DNA of 64,000 bases, taken from the human T2T-CHM13v2.0 reference genome, Homo sapiens. The stretch is taken from assembly GCF_009914755.1 (NCBI RefSeq), contig NC_060948.1. One strand, written 5' to 3'. Numbering within the stretch: position 1 is the stretch's first letter; the number at the start of each line of letters is the position of its first letter. The notes under the pieces were generated by a model. The model was given only the letters and a program-made list of their open reading frames with translations. It searched no databases and was not told the DNA's origin. Position numbers and translations under genes: made by a program. Positions 52,063-64,000 of this stretch are shown in pieces.

Positions 52063-55000
52063 TGGACTCGTTTGGAATGGTCTAGTATGCAATGCAATCG
52101 ACTGGCAGGGAATCAAAAGGAATGTAATCGAATGGATTGGACTGGAATGCAATGGACTCGAATAGATTGGAAACGGAAAGCAAAGGAATGGAATGGAATA
52201 GTATGGAATGGAATGGAAAGGAATGGAGAGGAATAGACTAGAGTGGAATGGAATGGACTCGAAAGCAATGGACTGGAATGGAACTTTCTTGAATGGACTG
52301 GAATCAAACGGAATGGAATGCAATGCAATCAAATGGCATGGAATAAAATAGAATGAAAGAGAATCAAATGGAATTGAATCGAATGGAATCGAATGGATTG
52401 GAAAGGAATAGAATGGAATGGAATGGAATTGACTCAAATGGAATGGACTAGAATGGAATGGATTCGAATGGAAGGCAAAGGAATGGAATCTATTGGAATG
52501 GACTGTAATGGAATGGAATGGAAGGGATTGGAATGGACTCGAATGGAATGGACTGCAATAGAAAGGATTCGAATGGAATGAAAAAGAATTGAATGGAATA
52601 GAACAGAATGGAATCAAATCGAATGAAATGGAATGGAATAGAAAGGAATGGAATGAAATGGAATGGAAAGGATTCGAATGGAATGCAATCGAATGGAATG
52701 AAATCGAATGGAATGGAATCGAACGGAATGGAATAAAATGGAAGAAAACTGGCAAGAAATGGAGTCGAAATGAATGGAGTGTTATGGAACGGACTCAAAA
52801 GGAATTGAATGTAATAGAATGGAGTGGAGTGGACTCGAATATAATGGACTGGAATGGAATGAAATCACATGGAATGGGAACGAATGGAATGGAATGGAAA
52901 GGAATGGAATCGAATGGAAAGGAATCGAATGGAAGGGAATGAAATTGAATCAACAGGAATGGAAGGGAGTAGAATAGACGGTAATGGAATGGACTCGAAT
53001 AGAATGGACACGAATGCTCAAATTGAATGGACTCGAATGGAATGGAAACGAAAGGAATGTCATCGAATGGAATTGAATCGATTGGAATGAAATCACATAG
53101 AATGGAGTGGAATCAAATGGAATTGAATCGAAAGGAAAGGAAGCGAATGGACTGAAATGAAATGGAATGGAATTGAATGGAAAGTAATGCAATGGAATAG
53201 AATGGAACGAAATTTCACGGAATGGAATCAAACTGAATGGAATCAAATCAATGGAATATAATCAAATGGAATGGAAAGGAATTGAATGGAGTAGATTGGA
53301 TTGGATGGGATTGGAATGAAATGTACTGGAAAGGACTCGAATTTCATGAAACGGAATGGAATGAATTAGAACGGAATGGACTCGAATGGAATGGAATGTC
53401 ATGGAATGGCATCAAATGGAATGGAATCGAATGCCATGGAATGCTATGGAATGGAATGGAATGCATTGGAATGGAATGTCCTCTAATGGAATGTATTCGA
53501 GTGGAATGGAATCGAATATAATGGAGTCTAATGAAAGGGAATTGAAAGGAATGGGACCGAATACAATGGAATATACTGGAATGTAATGTAATGAACTCGA
53601 ATGTAATTGACTGGAATGGAATGTACATGAATGGAATGTAATCGAATGGAAAGCAATCCAATGGAATAGAATCTAATGCAATAAAATGGACTCAAATAGA
53701 GTAGAATGTAATGGAATGGAGTGCAGGGCAATGGAATGGAATGGAATGGAATGCAATGGAATGGAATGGAATGGAATGGAATGGAATGGGATGGAATGGT
53801 ATGGAATGGATAGTAATGGACTGGAGTGAAATGGACTGGAAAAGAAGGGACTCAAATTGAAAGGGCTCGAAAGGAATGGAGTCAAATGGAATGGTCTGGA
53901 ATGGAATGAACATGAATGTAATGCAATCCAATAGAATGGAATCGAATGGCATGGAATATAAAGAAATGGAATCGAAGAGAATGGAAACAAATGGAATGGA
54001 ATTGAATGGAATGGAATTGAATGGAATGGGAACGAATGGAGTGAAATTGTATGCAGTAGAAGAGAATAGAATGGAATGCAAGCGAAAGGAAAGGAATGGA
54101 TTGGAATGGAATGGAATTCATTGGAATGGAAGGGAATGTAGTGTAATGGACAGGCCTGGAATAAAGTGGAATGCTACGGTCTCGAATGGAATAAAAATGT
54201 ATGGAATGGAATGCAATGAAACGGAATCGAATGTCATAGAATGTAATGGAATGCAAAAAAATGGAATCCAAAATCATTGACTGGAAAGGCTGGGTGTCGA
54301 AAGGAATTGACTCCAATGGAATGGAATCGAATGGAATGGAAGTGAATAGAATGGAACTAAATCGAATGGAATGGAATTGATAGGAACGGAATGGAAAGGA
54401 ATGCAATGATTTGGCATGGAATGGAATCGAATGGCATCGAATGGAATGGAATGGAATGCAATGGAATGGAATGTATTAGAATGTAATGAACTTTAATGGA
54501 ATGTACTCGAATGGATTCGACTGGAATGGAATGTTCTCGAAGTGAATGGACTCCAATGGAATGGATTCGAAAGGAATGGAATCTAATGGAATGGAATTAA
54601 ATGGAAATGAATCAAATTGAATAGAACGGAATTGAATTGAATGGAATCGAATGCAATGGAATCTAATGAAACGGAAAGGAAAGGAATGGAATGGATTGGA
54701 ATGGAATGGGCTGGAATGGAATGGAATCGAAACGAATGGAATGGAATCGAACTGAAGAGACTGGAATGGAATGCACTGGAATGGAAGGGAATGTAATGGA
54801 AGGTTCTCGAAAAAAATGGAATCGAAAGGAATGGAATTGAATGGAACGGAATAGAGTCGAATGGAATTGAATGGAATGGAATGGACTAGAGTGAAATGGA
54901 ATCGAACCACAAGGAATGGACAGGAATACAATGGTCTCGAATTGAATGGAATCGTATGGAATGGCATCAAACGGAATGGAATGGACAGCCACGGAATGGA

Positions 55001-55626
55001 ATGGACACCCACGGAATGGAATGCACTCGAATGCAATGGAGTCGACAATAATGGACTGGAATAGAATGGACTCGACTGGTACGGACTCCAATGGAATGGA
55101 ATCGAATGGAAGGGAATCGAACGGAATGGACTCGAAGGGAAAAGACTGCAATGGAAAGGTCTCCAATGGAATGGAAATTAATGGAATGGAATGGAATCGA
55201 ACGAAATGGAGTCAAAAGGAATGGAATCGAATGGCAAGAAATCGAATGTAATGGAATCGCAAGGAATTGATGTGAACGGAACGGAATGGAATGGAATCCA
55301 AAGGAATGGAATAGAATGGAATGGAATCGAATGGAAAGGACTCGAATGGAAATCACTCGAATAGAATGCAATTTAATAAAATAGGATCAAATGTAATGGA
55401 ATGGAATGGAAAGGAATCGAAACGAAAGGAAAGGAGACAGATGGAATGGAATGGAACAGAGAGCAATGGTATAGAATGGAATGGAATCATCTGGAATGGA
55501 AGTGAATGGAATGGAATAATATGAAATGGAATGGAATTTAATGGAATGGAATGCCCTTGTATTAAATGGACTGGAATGGAATGGACTCGAACAGAGTGGA
55601 ATGGAAAGTGTTGAAATAGAATGGAA
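52063..55626 (+). repeat. DYZ1 unit 6 (3564 bp)
   Basis: Marker spacing 52078 to 55642. Confidence 0.9.
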
Positions 55627-58600
55627 TGGACTCGTTTGGAATGGTCTAGTATGCAATGCAATCGACTGGCAGGGAATCAAAAGGAATGTAATCGAATGGA
55701 TTGGACTGGAATGCAATGGACTCGAATAGATTGGAAACGGAAAGCAAAGGAATGGAATGGAATAGTATGGAATGGAATGGAAAGGAATGGAGAGGAATAG
55801 ACTAGAGTGGAATGGAATGGACTCGAAAGCAATGGACTGGAATGGAACTTTCTTGAATGGACTGGAATCAAACGGAATGGAATGCAATGCAATCAAATGG
55901 CATGGAATAAAATAGAATGAAAGAGAATCAAATGGAATTGAATCGAATGGAATCGAATGGATTGGAAAGGAATAGAATGGAATGGAATGGAATTGACTCA
56001 AATGGAATGGACTAGAATGGAATGGATTCGAATGGAAGGCAAAGGAATGGAATCTATTGGAATGGACTGTAATGGAATGGAATGGAAGGGATTGGAATGG
56101 ACTCGAATGGAATGGACTGCAATAGAAAGGATTCGAATGGAATGAAAAAGAATTGAATGGAATAGAACAGAATGGAATCAAATCGAATGAAATGGAATGG
56201 AATAGAAAGGAATGGAATGAAATGGAATGGAAAGGATTCGAATGGAATGCAATCGAATGGAATGAAATCGAATGGAATGGAATCGAACGGAATGGAATAA
56301 AATGGAAGAAAACTGGCAAGAAATGGAGTCGAAATGAATGGAGTGTTATGGAACGGACTCAAAAGGAATTGAATGTAATAGAATGGAGTGGAGTGGACTC
56401 GAATATAATGGACTGGAATGGAATGAAATCACATGGAATGGGAACGAATGGAATGGAATGGAAAGGAATGGAATCGAATGGAAAGGAATCGAATGGAAGG
56501 GAATGAAATTGAATCAACAGGAATGGAAGGGAGTAGAATAGACGGTAATGGAATGGACTCGAATAGAATGGACACGAATGCTCAAATTGAATGGACTCGA
56601 ATGGAATGGAAACGAAAGGAATGTCATCGAATGGAATTGAATCGATTGGAATGAAATCACATAGAATGGAGTGGAATCAAATGGAATTGAATCGAAAGGA
56701 AAGGAAGCGAATGGACTGAAATGAAATGGAATGGAATTGAATGGAAAGTAATGCAATGGAATAGAATGGAACGAAATTTCACGGAATGGAATCAAACTGA
56801 ATGGAATCAAATCAATGGAATATAATCAAATGGAATGGAAAGGAATTGAATGGAGTAGATTGGATTGGATGGGATTGGAATGAAATGTACTGGAAAGGAC
56901 TCGAATTTCATGAAACGGAATGGAATGAATTAGAACGGAATGGACTCGAATGGAATGGAATGTCATGGAATGGCATCAAATGGAATGGAATCGAATGCCA
57001 TGGAATGCTATGGAATGGAATGGAATGCATTGGAATGGAATGTCCTCTAATGGAATGTATTCGAGTGGAATGGAATCGAATATAATGGAGTCTAATGAAA
57101 GGGAATTGAAAGGAATGGGACCGAATACAATGGAATATACTGGAATGTAATGTAATGAACTCGAATGTAATTGACTGGAATGGAATGTACATGAATGGAA
57201 TGTAATCGAATGGAAAGCAATCCAATGGAATAGAATCTAATGCAATAAAATGGACTCAAATAGAGTAGAATGTAATGGAATGGAGTGCAGGGCAATGGAA
57301 TGGAATGGAATGGAATGCAATGGAATGGAATGGAATGGAATGGAATGGAATGGGATGGAATGGTATGGAATGGATAGTAATGGACTGGAGTGAAATGGAC
57401 TGGAAAAGAAGGGACTCAAATTGAAAGGGCTCGAAAGGAATGGAGTCAAATGGAATGGTCTGGAATGGAATGAACATGAATGTAATGCAATCCAATAGAA
57501 TGGAATCGAATGGCATGGAATATAAAGAAATGGAATCGAAGAGAATGGAAACAAATGGAATGGAATTGAATGGAATGGAATTGAATGGAATGGGAACGAA
57601 TGGAGTGAAATTGTATGCAGTAGAAGAGAATAGAATGGAATGCAAGCGAAAGGAAAGGAATGGATTGGAATGGAATGGAATTCATTGGAATGGAAGGGAA
57701 TGTAGTGTAATGGACAGGCCTGGAATAAAGTGGAATGCTACGGTCTCGAATGGAATAAAAATGTATGGAATGGAATGCAATGAAACGGAATCGAATGTCA
57801 TAGAATGTAATGGAATGCAAAAAAATGGAATCCAAAATCATTGACTGGAAAGGCTGGGTGTCGAAAGGAATTGACTCCAATGGAATGGAATCGAATGGAA
57901 TGGAAGTGAATAGAATGGAACTAAATCGAATGGAATGGAATTGATAGGAACGGAATGGAAAGGAATGCAATGATTTGGCATGGAATGGAATCGAATGGCA
58001 TCGAATGGAATGGAATGGAATGCAATGGAATGGAATGTATTAGAATGTAATGAACTTTAATGGAATGTACTCGAATGGATTCGACTGGAATGGAATGTTC
58101 TCGAAGTGAATGGACTCCAATGGAATGGATTCGAAAGGAATGGAATCTAATGGAATGGAATGAAATGGAAATGAATCAAATTGAATAGAACGGAATTGAA
58201 TTGAATGGAATCGAATGCAATGGAATCTAATGAAACGGAAAGGAAAGGAATGGAATGGATTGGAATGGAATGGGCTGGAATGGAATGGAATCGAAACGAA
58301 TGGAATGGAATCGAACTGAAGAGACTGGAATGGAATGCACTGGAATGGAAGGGAATGTAATGGAAGGTTCTCGAAAAAAATGGAATCGAAAGGAATGGAA
58401 TTGAATGGAACGGAATAGAGTCGAATGGAGTTCAATGGAATGGAATGGACTAGAGTGAAATGGAATCGAACCACAAGGAATGGACAGGAATAGAATGGTC
58501 TCGAATTGAATGGAATCGTATGGAATGGCATCAAACGGAATGGAATGGACAGCCACGGAATGGAATGGACACCCACGGAATGGAATGCACTCGAATGCAA

Positions 58601-59180
58601 TGGAGTCGACACTAATGGACTGGAATAGAATGGACTCGACTGGTACGGACTCCAATGGAATGGAATCGAATGGAAGGGAATCGAACGGAATGGACTCGAA
58701 GGGAAAAGACTGCAATGGAAAGGTCTCCAATGGAATGGAAATTAATGGAATGGAATGGAATCGAATGAAATGGAGTCAAAAGGAATGGAATCGAATGGCA
58801 AGAAATCGAATGTAATGGAATCGCAAGGAATTGATGTGAACGGAACGGAATGGAATGGAATCCAAAGGAATGGAATAGAATGGAATGGAATCGAATGGAA
58901 AGGACTCGAATGGAAATCACTCGAATAGAATGCAATTTAATAAAATAGGATCAAATGTAATGGAATGGAATGGAAAGGAATCGAAACGAAAGGAATGGAG
59001 ACAGATGGAATGGAATGGAACAGAGAGCAATGGTATAGAATGGAATGGAATCATCTGGAATGGAATTGAATGGAATGGAATAATATAGAATGGAATGGAA
59101 TGGAATGTCCTTGAATTAAATGGACTGGAATGGAATGGACTCGAACAGAGTGGAATGGAAAGTGTTGAAATAGAATGGAA
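55627..59180 (+). repeat. DYZ1 unit 7 (3554 bp)
   Basis: Marker spacing 55642 to 59196. Confidence 0.9.
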
Positions 59181-62100
59181 TGGACTCGTTTGGAATGGTC
59201 TAGTATGCAATGCAATAGACTGGCAGGGAATCAAAAGGAATGTAATCGAATGGATTGGACTGGAATGCAATGGACTCGAATAGATTGGAAACGGAAAGCA
59301 AAGGAATGGAATGGAATAGTATGGAATGGAATGCAAAGGAATGGAGTGGAATAGACTAGAGTGGAATGGAATGGAGTCGAAAGCAATGGACTGGAATGGA
59401 ACTTTCTTGAATGGACTGGAATCAAACGGAATGGAATGCAATGCAATCAAATGGCATGGAATAAAATAGAATGAAAGAGAATCAAATGGAATTGAATCGA
59501 ATGGAATCGAATGGATTGGAAAGGAATAGAATGGAATGGAATGGAATTGACTCAAATGGAATGGACTAGAATGGAATGGATTCGAATGGAAGGCAAAGGA
59601 ATGGAATCTATTGGAATGGACTGTAATGGAATGGAATGGAAGGGATTGGAATGGACTCGAATGGAATGGACTGCAGTAGAAAGGATTCGAATGGAATGAA
59701 AAAGAATTGAATGGAATAGAACAGAATGGAATCAAATCGAATGAAATGGAATGGAATAGAAAGGAATGGAATGAAATGGAATGGAAAGGATTCGAATGGA
59801 ATGCAATCGAATGGAATGCAATCGAATGGAATGGAATCGAACGGAATGGAATAAAATGGAAGAAAACTGGCAAGAAATGGAATCGAAATGAATGGAGTGT
59901 TATGGAACGGACTCAAAAGGAATTGAATGTAATAGAATGGAGTGGAGTGGACTCGAATATAATGGACTAGAATGGAATGAAATCACATGGAATGGGAACG
60001 AATGGAATGGAATGGAAAGGAATGGAATCGAATGGAAAGGAATCGAATGGAAGGGAATGAAATTGAATCAACAGGAATGGAAGGGAGTAGAATAGACGGT
60101 AATGGAATGGACTCGAATAGAATGGACACGAATGCTCAAATTGAATGGACTCGAATGGAATGGCAACGAAAGGAATGTCATCGAATGGAATTGAATCGAT
60201 TGGAATGAAATCACATAGAATGGAGTGGAATCAAATGGAATTGAATCGAAAGGAAAGGAAGCGAATGGACTGAAATGAAATGGAATGGAATTGAATGGAA
60301 ATTAATGCAATGGAATAGAATGGAACGAAATTTCACGGAATGGAATCAAACTGAATGGAATCAAATCAATGGAATATAATCAAATGGAATGGAAAGGAAT
60401 TGAATGGAGTAGATTGAATTGGATGGGATTGGAATGAAATGTACTGGAAAGGACTCGAATTTCATGAAACGGAATGGAATGAATTAGAACGGAATGGACT
60501 CGAATGGAATGGAATGTCATGGAATGGCATCAAATGGAATGGAATCGAATGCGATGGAATGCTATGGAATGGAATGGAATGCATTGGAGTGGAATGTCCT
60601 CTAATGGAATGTATTCGAGTGGAATGGAATCGAATATAATGGAGTCTAATGAAATGGAATTGAAAGGAATGGGACCGAATACAATGGAATATACTGGAAT
60701 GTAATGTAATGAACTCGAATGTAATTGACTGGAATGGAATGTACATGAATGGAATGTAATCTAATGGAAAGCAATCCAATGGAATAGAATCTAATGCAAT
60801 AAAATCGACTCAAATAGAGTAGAATGTAATGGAATGGAGTGCAGTGCAATGGAATGGAATGGAATGGAATGCAATGGAATGGAATGGAATGGAATGGGAT
60901 GGAATGGTATGGAATGGATAGTAATGGACTGGAGTGAAATGGACTGGAAAAGAATGGACTCAAATTGAAAGGGCTCGAAAGGAATGGAGTCAAATGGAAT
61001 GGTCTGGAATGGAATGAACACGAATGTAATGCAATCCAATAAATGGAATCGAATGGCATGGAATATAAAGAAATGGAATCGAAGAGAATGGAAACAAATG
61101 GAATGGAATTGAATGGAATGGAATTGAATGGAATGGGAACGAATGGAGTGAAATTGTATGCAGTAGAAGAGAATAGAATGGAATGCAAGCGAAAGGAAAG
61201 GAATGGATTGGAATGGAATGGAATTCATTGGAATGGAAGGGAATGTAGTGTAATGGACAGGCCTGGAATAAAGTGGAATGCTACGGTCTCGAATGGAATA
61301 AAAATGTATGGAACGGAATGCAATGAAACGGAATCGAATGTCATAGAATGTAATGGAATGCAAAAAAATGGACTCCAAAATCATTGACTGGAAAGGGTGG
61401 GTGTCGAAAGGAATTGACTCCAATGGAATGGAATCGAATGGAATGGAAGTGAATAGAATGGAACTAAATCGAATGGAATGGAATTGATAGGAACGGAATG
61501 GAAAGGAATGCAATGATTTGGCATGGAATGGAATCGAATGGCATCGAATGGAATGGAATGGAATGCAATGGAATGGAATGTATTAGAATGTAATGAACTT
61601 TAATGGAATGTACTCGAATGGATTCGACTGGAATGGAATGTTCTCGAAGTGAATGGACTCCAATGGAATGGATTCGAAAGGAATGGAATCTAATGGAATG
61701 GAATTAAATGGAAATGAATCAAATTGAATAGAACGGAATTGAATTGAATGGAATCGAATGCAATGGAATCTAATGAAACGGAAAGGAAAGGAATGGAATG
61801 GATTGGAATGGAATGGGCTGGAATGGAATGGAATCGAAACGAATGGAATGGAATCGAAGTGAAGAGACTGGAATGGAATGCACTGGAATGGAAGGGAATG
61901 TAATGGAAGGTTCTCGAAAAAAATGGAATCGAAAGGAATGGAATTGAATGGAACGGAATAGAGTCGAATGGAGTTCAATGGAATGGAATGGACTAGAGTG
62001 AAATGAAATCGAACCACAAGGAATGGACAGGAATAGAATGGTCTCGAATTGAATGGAATCGTATGGAATGGCATCAAACGGAATGGAATGGACGGCCACG

Positions 62101-62708
62101 GAATGGAATGCACTCGAATGCAATGGAGTCGAAACTAATGGACTGGAATAGAATGGACTCGACTGGTACGGACTCCAATGGAATGGAATCGAATGGAAGG
62201 GAATCGAACGGAATGGACTCGAAGGGAAAAGACTGCAATGGAAAGGTCTCGAATGGAATGGAAATTAATGGAATGGAATGGAATCGAATGAAATGGAGTC
62301 AAAAGGAATGGAATCGAATGGCAAGAAATCGAATGTAATGGAATCGCAAGGAATTGATGTGAACGGAACGGAATGGAATGGAATCCAAAGGAATGGAATA
62401 GAATGGAATGGAATCGAATGGAAAGGACTCGAATGGAAATCACTCGAATAGAATGCAATTTAATAAAATAGGATCAAATGTAATGGAATGGAATGGAAAG
62501 GAATAGAAACGAAAGGAATGGAGACAGATGGAATGGAATGGAACAGAGAGCAATGGTATAGAATGGAATGGAATCATCTGGAATGGAATTGAATGGAATG
62601 GAATAATATGAAATGGAATGGAATGGAATGGAATGCCCTTGAATTAAATGGACTGGAATGGAATGGACTCGAACAGAGTGGAATGGAAAGTGTTGAAATA
62701 GAATGGAA
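59181..62708 (+). repeat. DYZ1 unit 8 (3528 bp)
   Basis: Marker spacing 59196 to 62724. Confidence 0.9.
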
Positions 62709-64000
62709 TGGACTCGTTTGGAATGGTCTAGTATGCAATGCAATAGACTGGCAGGGAATCAAAAGGAATGTAATCGAATGGATTGGACTGGAATGCAATG
62801 GACTCGAATAGATTGGAAACGGAAAGCAAAGGAATGGAATGGAATAGTATGGAATGGAATGCAAAGGAATGGAGTGGAATAGACTAGAGTGGAATGGAAT
62901 GGACTCGAAAGCAATGGACTGGAATGGAACTTTCTTGAATGGACTGGAATCAAACGGAATGGAATGCAATGCAATCAAATGGCATGGAATAAAATAGAAT
63001 GAAAGAGAATCAAATGGAATTGAATCGAATGGAATCGAATGGATTGGAAAGGAATAGAATGGAATGGAATGGAATTGACTCAAATGGAATGGACTAGAAT
63101 GGAATGGATTCGAATGGAAGGCAAAGGAATGGAATCTATTGGAATGGACTCTAATGGAATGGAATGGAAGGGATTGGAATGGACTCGAATGGAATGGACT
63201 GCAGTAGAAAGGATTCGAATGGAATGAAAAAGAATTGAATGGAATAGAACAGAATGGAATCAAATCGAATGAAATGGAATGGAATAGAAAGGAATGGAAT
63301 GAAATGGAACGGAAAGGATTCGAATGGAATGCAATCGAATGGAATGCAATCGAATGGAATGGAATCGAACGGAATGGAATAAAATGGAAGAAAACTGGCA
63401 AGAAATGGAATCGAAATGAATGGAGTGTTATGGAACGGACTCAAAAGGAATTGAATGTAATAGAATGGAGTGGAGTGGACTCGAATATAATGGACTAGAA
63501 TGGAATGAAATCACATGGAATGGGATCGAATGGAATGGAATGGAAAGGAATGGAATCGAATGGAAAGGAATCGAATGGAAGGGAATGAAATTGAATCAAC
63601 AGGAATGGAAGGGAGTAGAATAGACGGTAATGGAATGGACTCGAATAGAATGGACACGAATGCTCAAATTGAATGGACTCGAATGGAATGGCAACGAAAG
63701 GAATGTCATCGAATGGAATTGAATCGATTGGAATGAAATCACATAGAATGGAGTGGAATCAAATGGAATTGAATCGAAAGGAAAGGAAGCGAATGGACTG
63801 AAATGAAATGGAATGGAATTGAATGGAAATTAATGCAATGGAATAGAATGGAACGAAATTTCACGGAATGGAATCAAACTGAATGGAATCAAATCAATGG
63901 AATATAATCAAATGGAATGGAAAGGAATTGAATGGAGTAGATTGAATTGGATGGGATTGGAATGAAATGTACTGGAAAGGACTCGAATTTCATGAAACGG
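62709..64000 (+). repeat. DYZ1 unit 9, cut by window end
   Basis: Starts with the same marker and runs to the end of the window. Confidence 0.9.

Larger units (their letters stand above)
35078..64000 (+). repeat. DYZ1: DYZ1 / HSat3 (satellite III) array, (GGAAT)n-derived, ~3.56-kb higher-order unit
   Basis: Degenerate GGAAT pentamers throughout. The marker TGGTCTAGTATGC recurs at 35093, 37872, 41431, 44960, 48514, 52078, 55642, 59196 and 62724. There is one EcoRI site and one StuI/HaeIII site (AGGCCT at 39941, 43495, 47024, 50588, 54152, 57716, 61259) at the same place in each full unit. The 3564-bp period equals the classical DYZ1 unit length. Confidence 0.96.

Noticed and set aside
35128-63736. 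MEWNG-repeat and FHSIP-repeat ORFs up to 318 aa
   Set aside because: (GGAAT)n and (ATTCC)n have no stop codon in any frame, so long overlapping ORFs on both strands are expected artefacts of satellite III

Overview
This window is eukaryotic satellite DNA with no credible genes. It matches human Y-chromosome Yq12 heterochromatin at a DYZ2/DYZ1 block boundary; the identification is from recognised repeat architecture, not a database search. Bases 1-35077 are a DYZ2 (HSat1B) tandem array of ~2420-bp composite units, each with a minus-strand Alu (~290 bp), an HSATI-type segment (~570 bp) and a ~1.55-kb very AT-rich block; 14 Alu copies are present. Bases 35078-64000 are a DYZ1 (HSat3) array of degenerate GGAAT pentamers in ~3.53-3.56-kb higher-order units (8 units plus a partial one). 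All ORFs in the track are by-products of these repeats, and I found no new gene-encoded system. The interesting signals are structural or regulatory: a spacer-free junction, diverged and ancestral-looking edge units, an Alu/HSATI-deleted unit, a 171-bp templated insertion, haplotype mosaics in both arrays, AluSc-like diagnostic bases, and three canonical heat-shock elements per DYZ1 unit.
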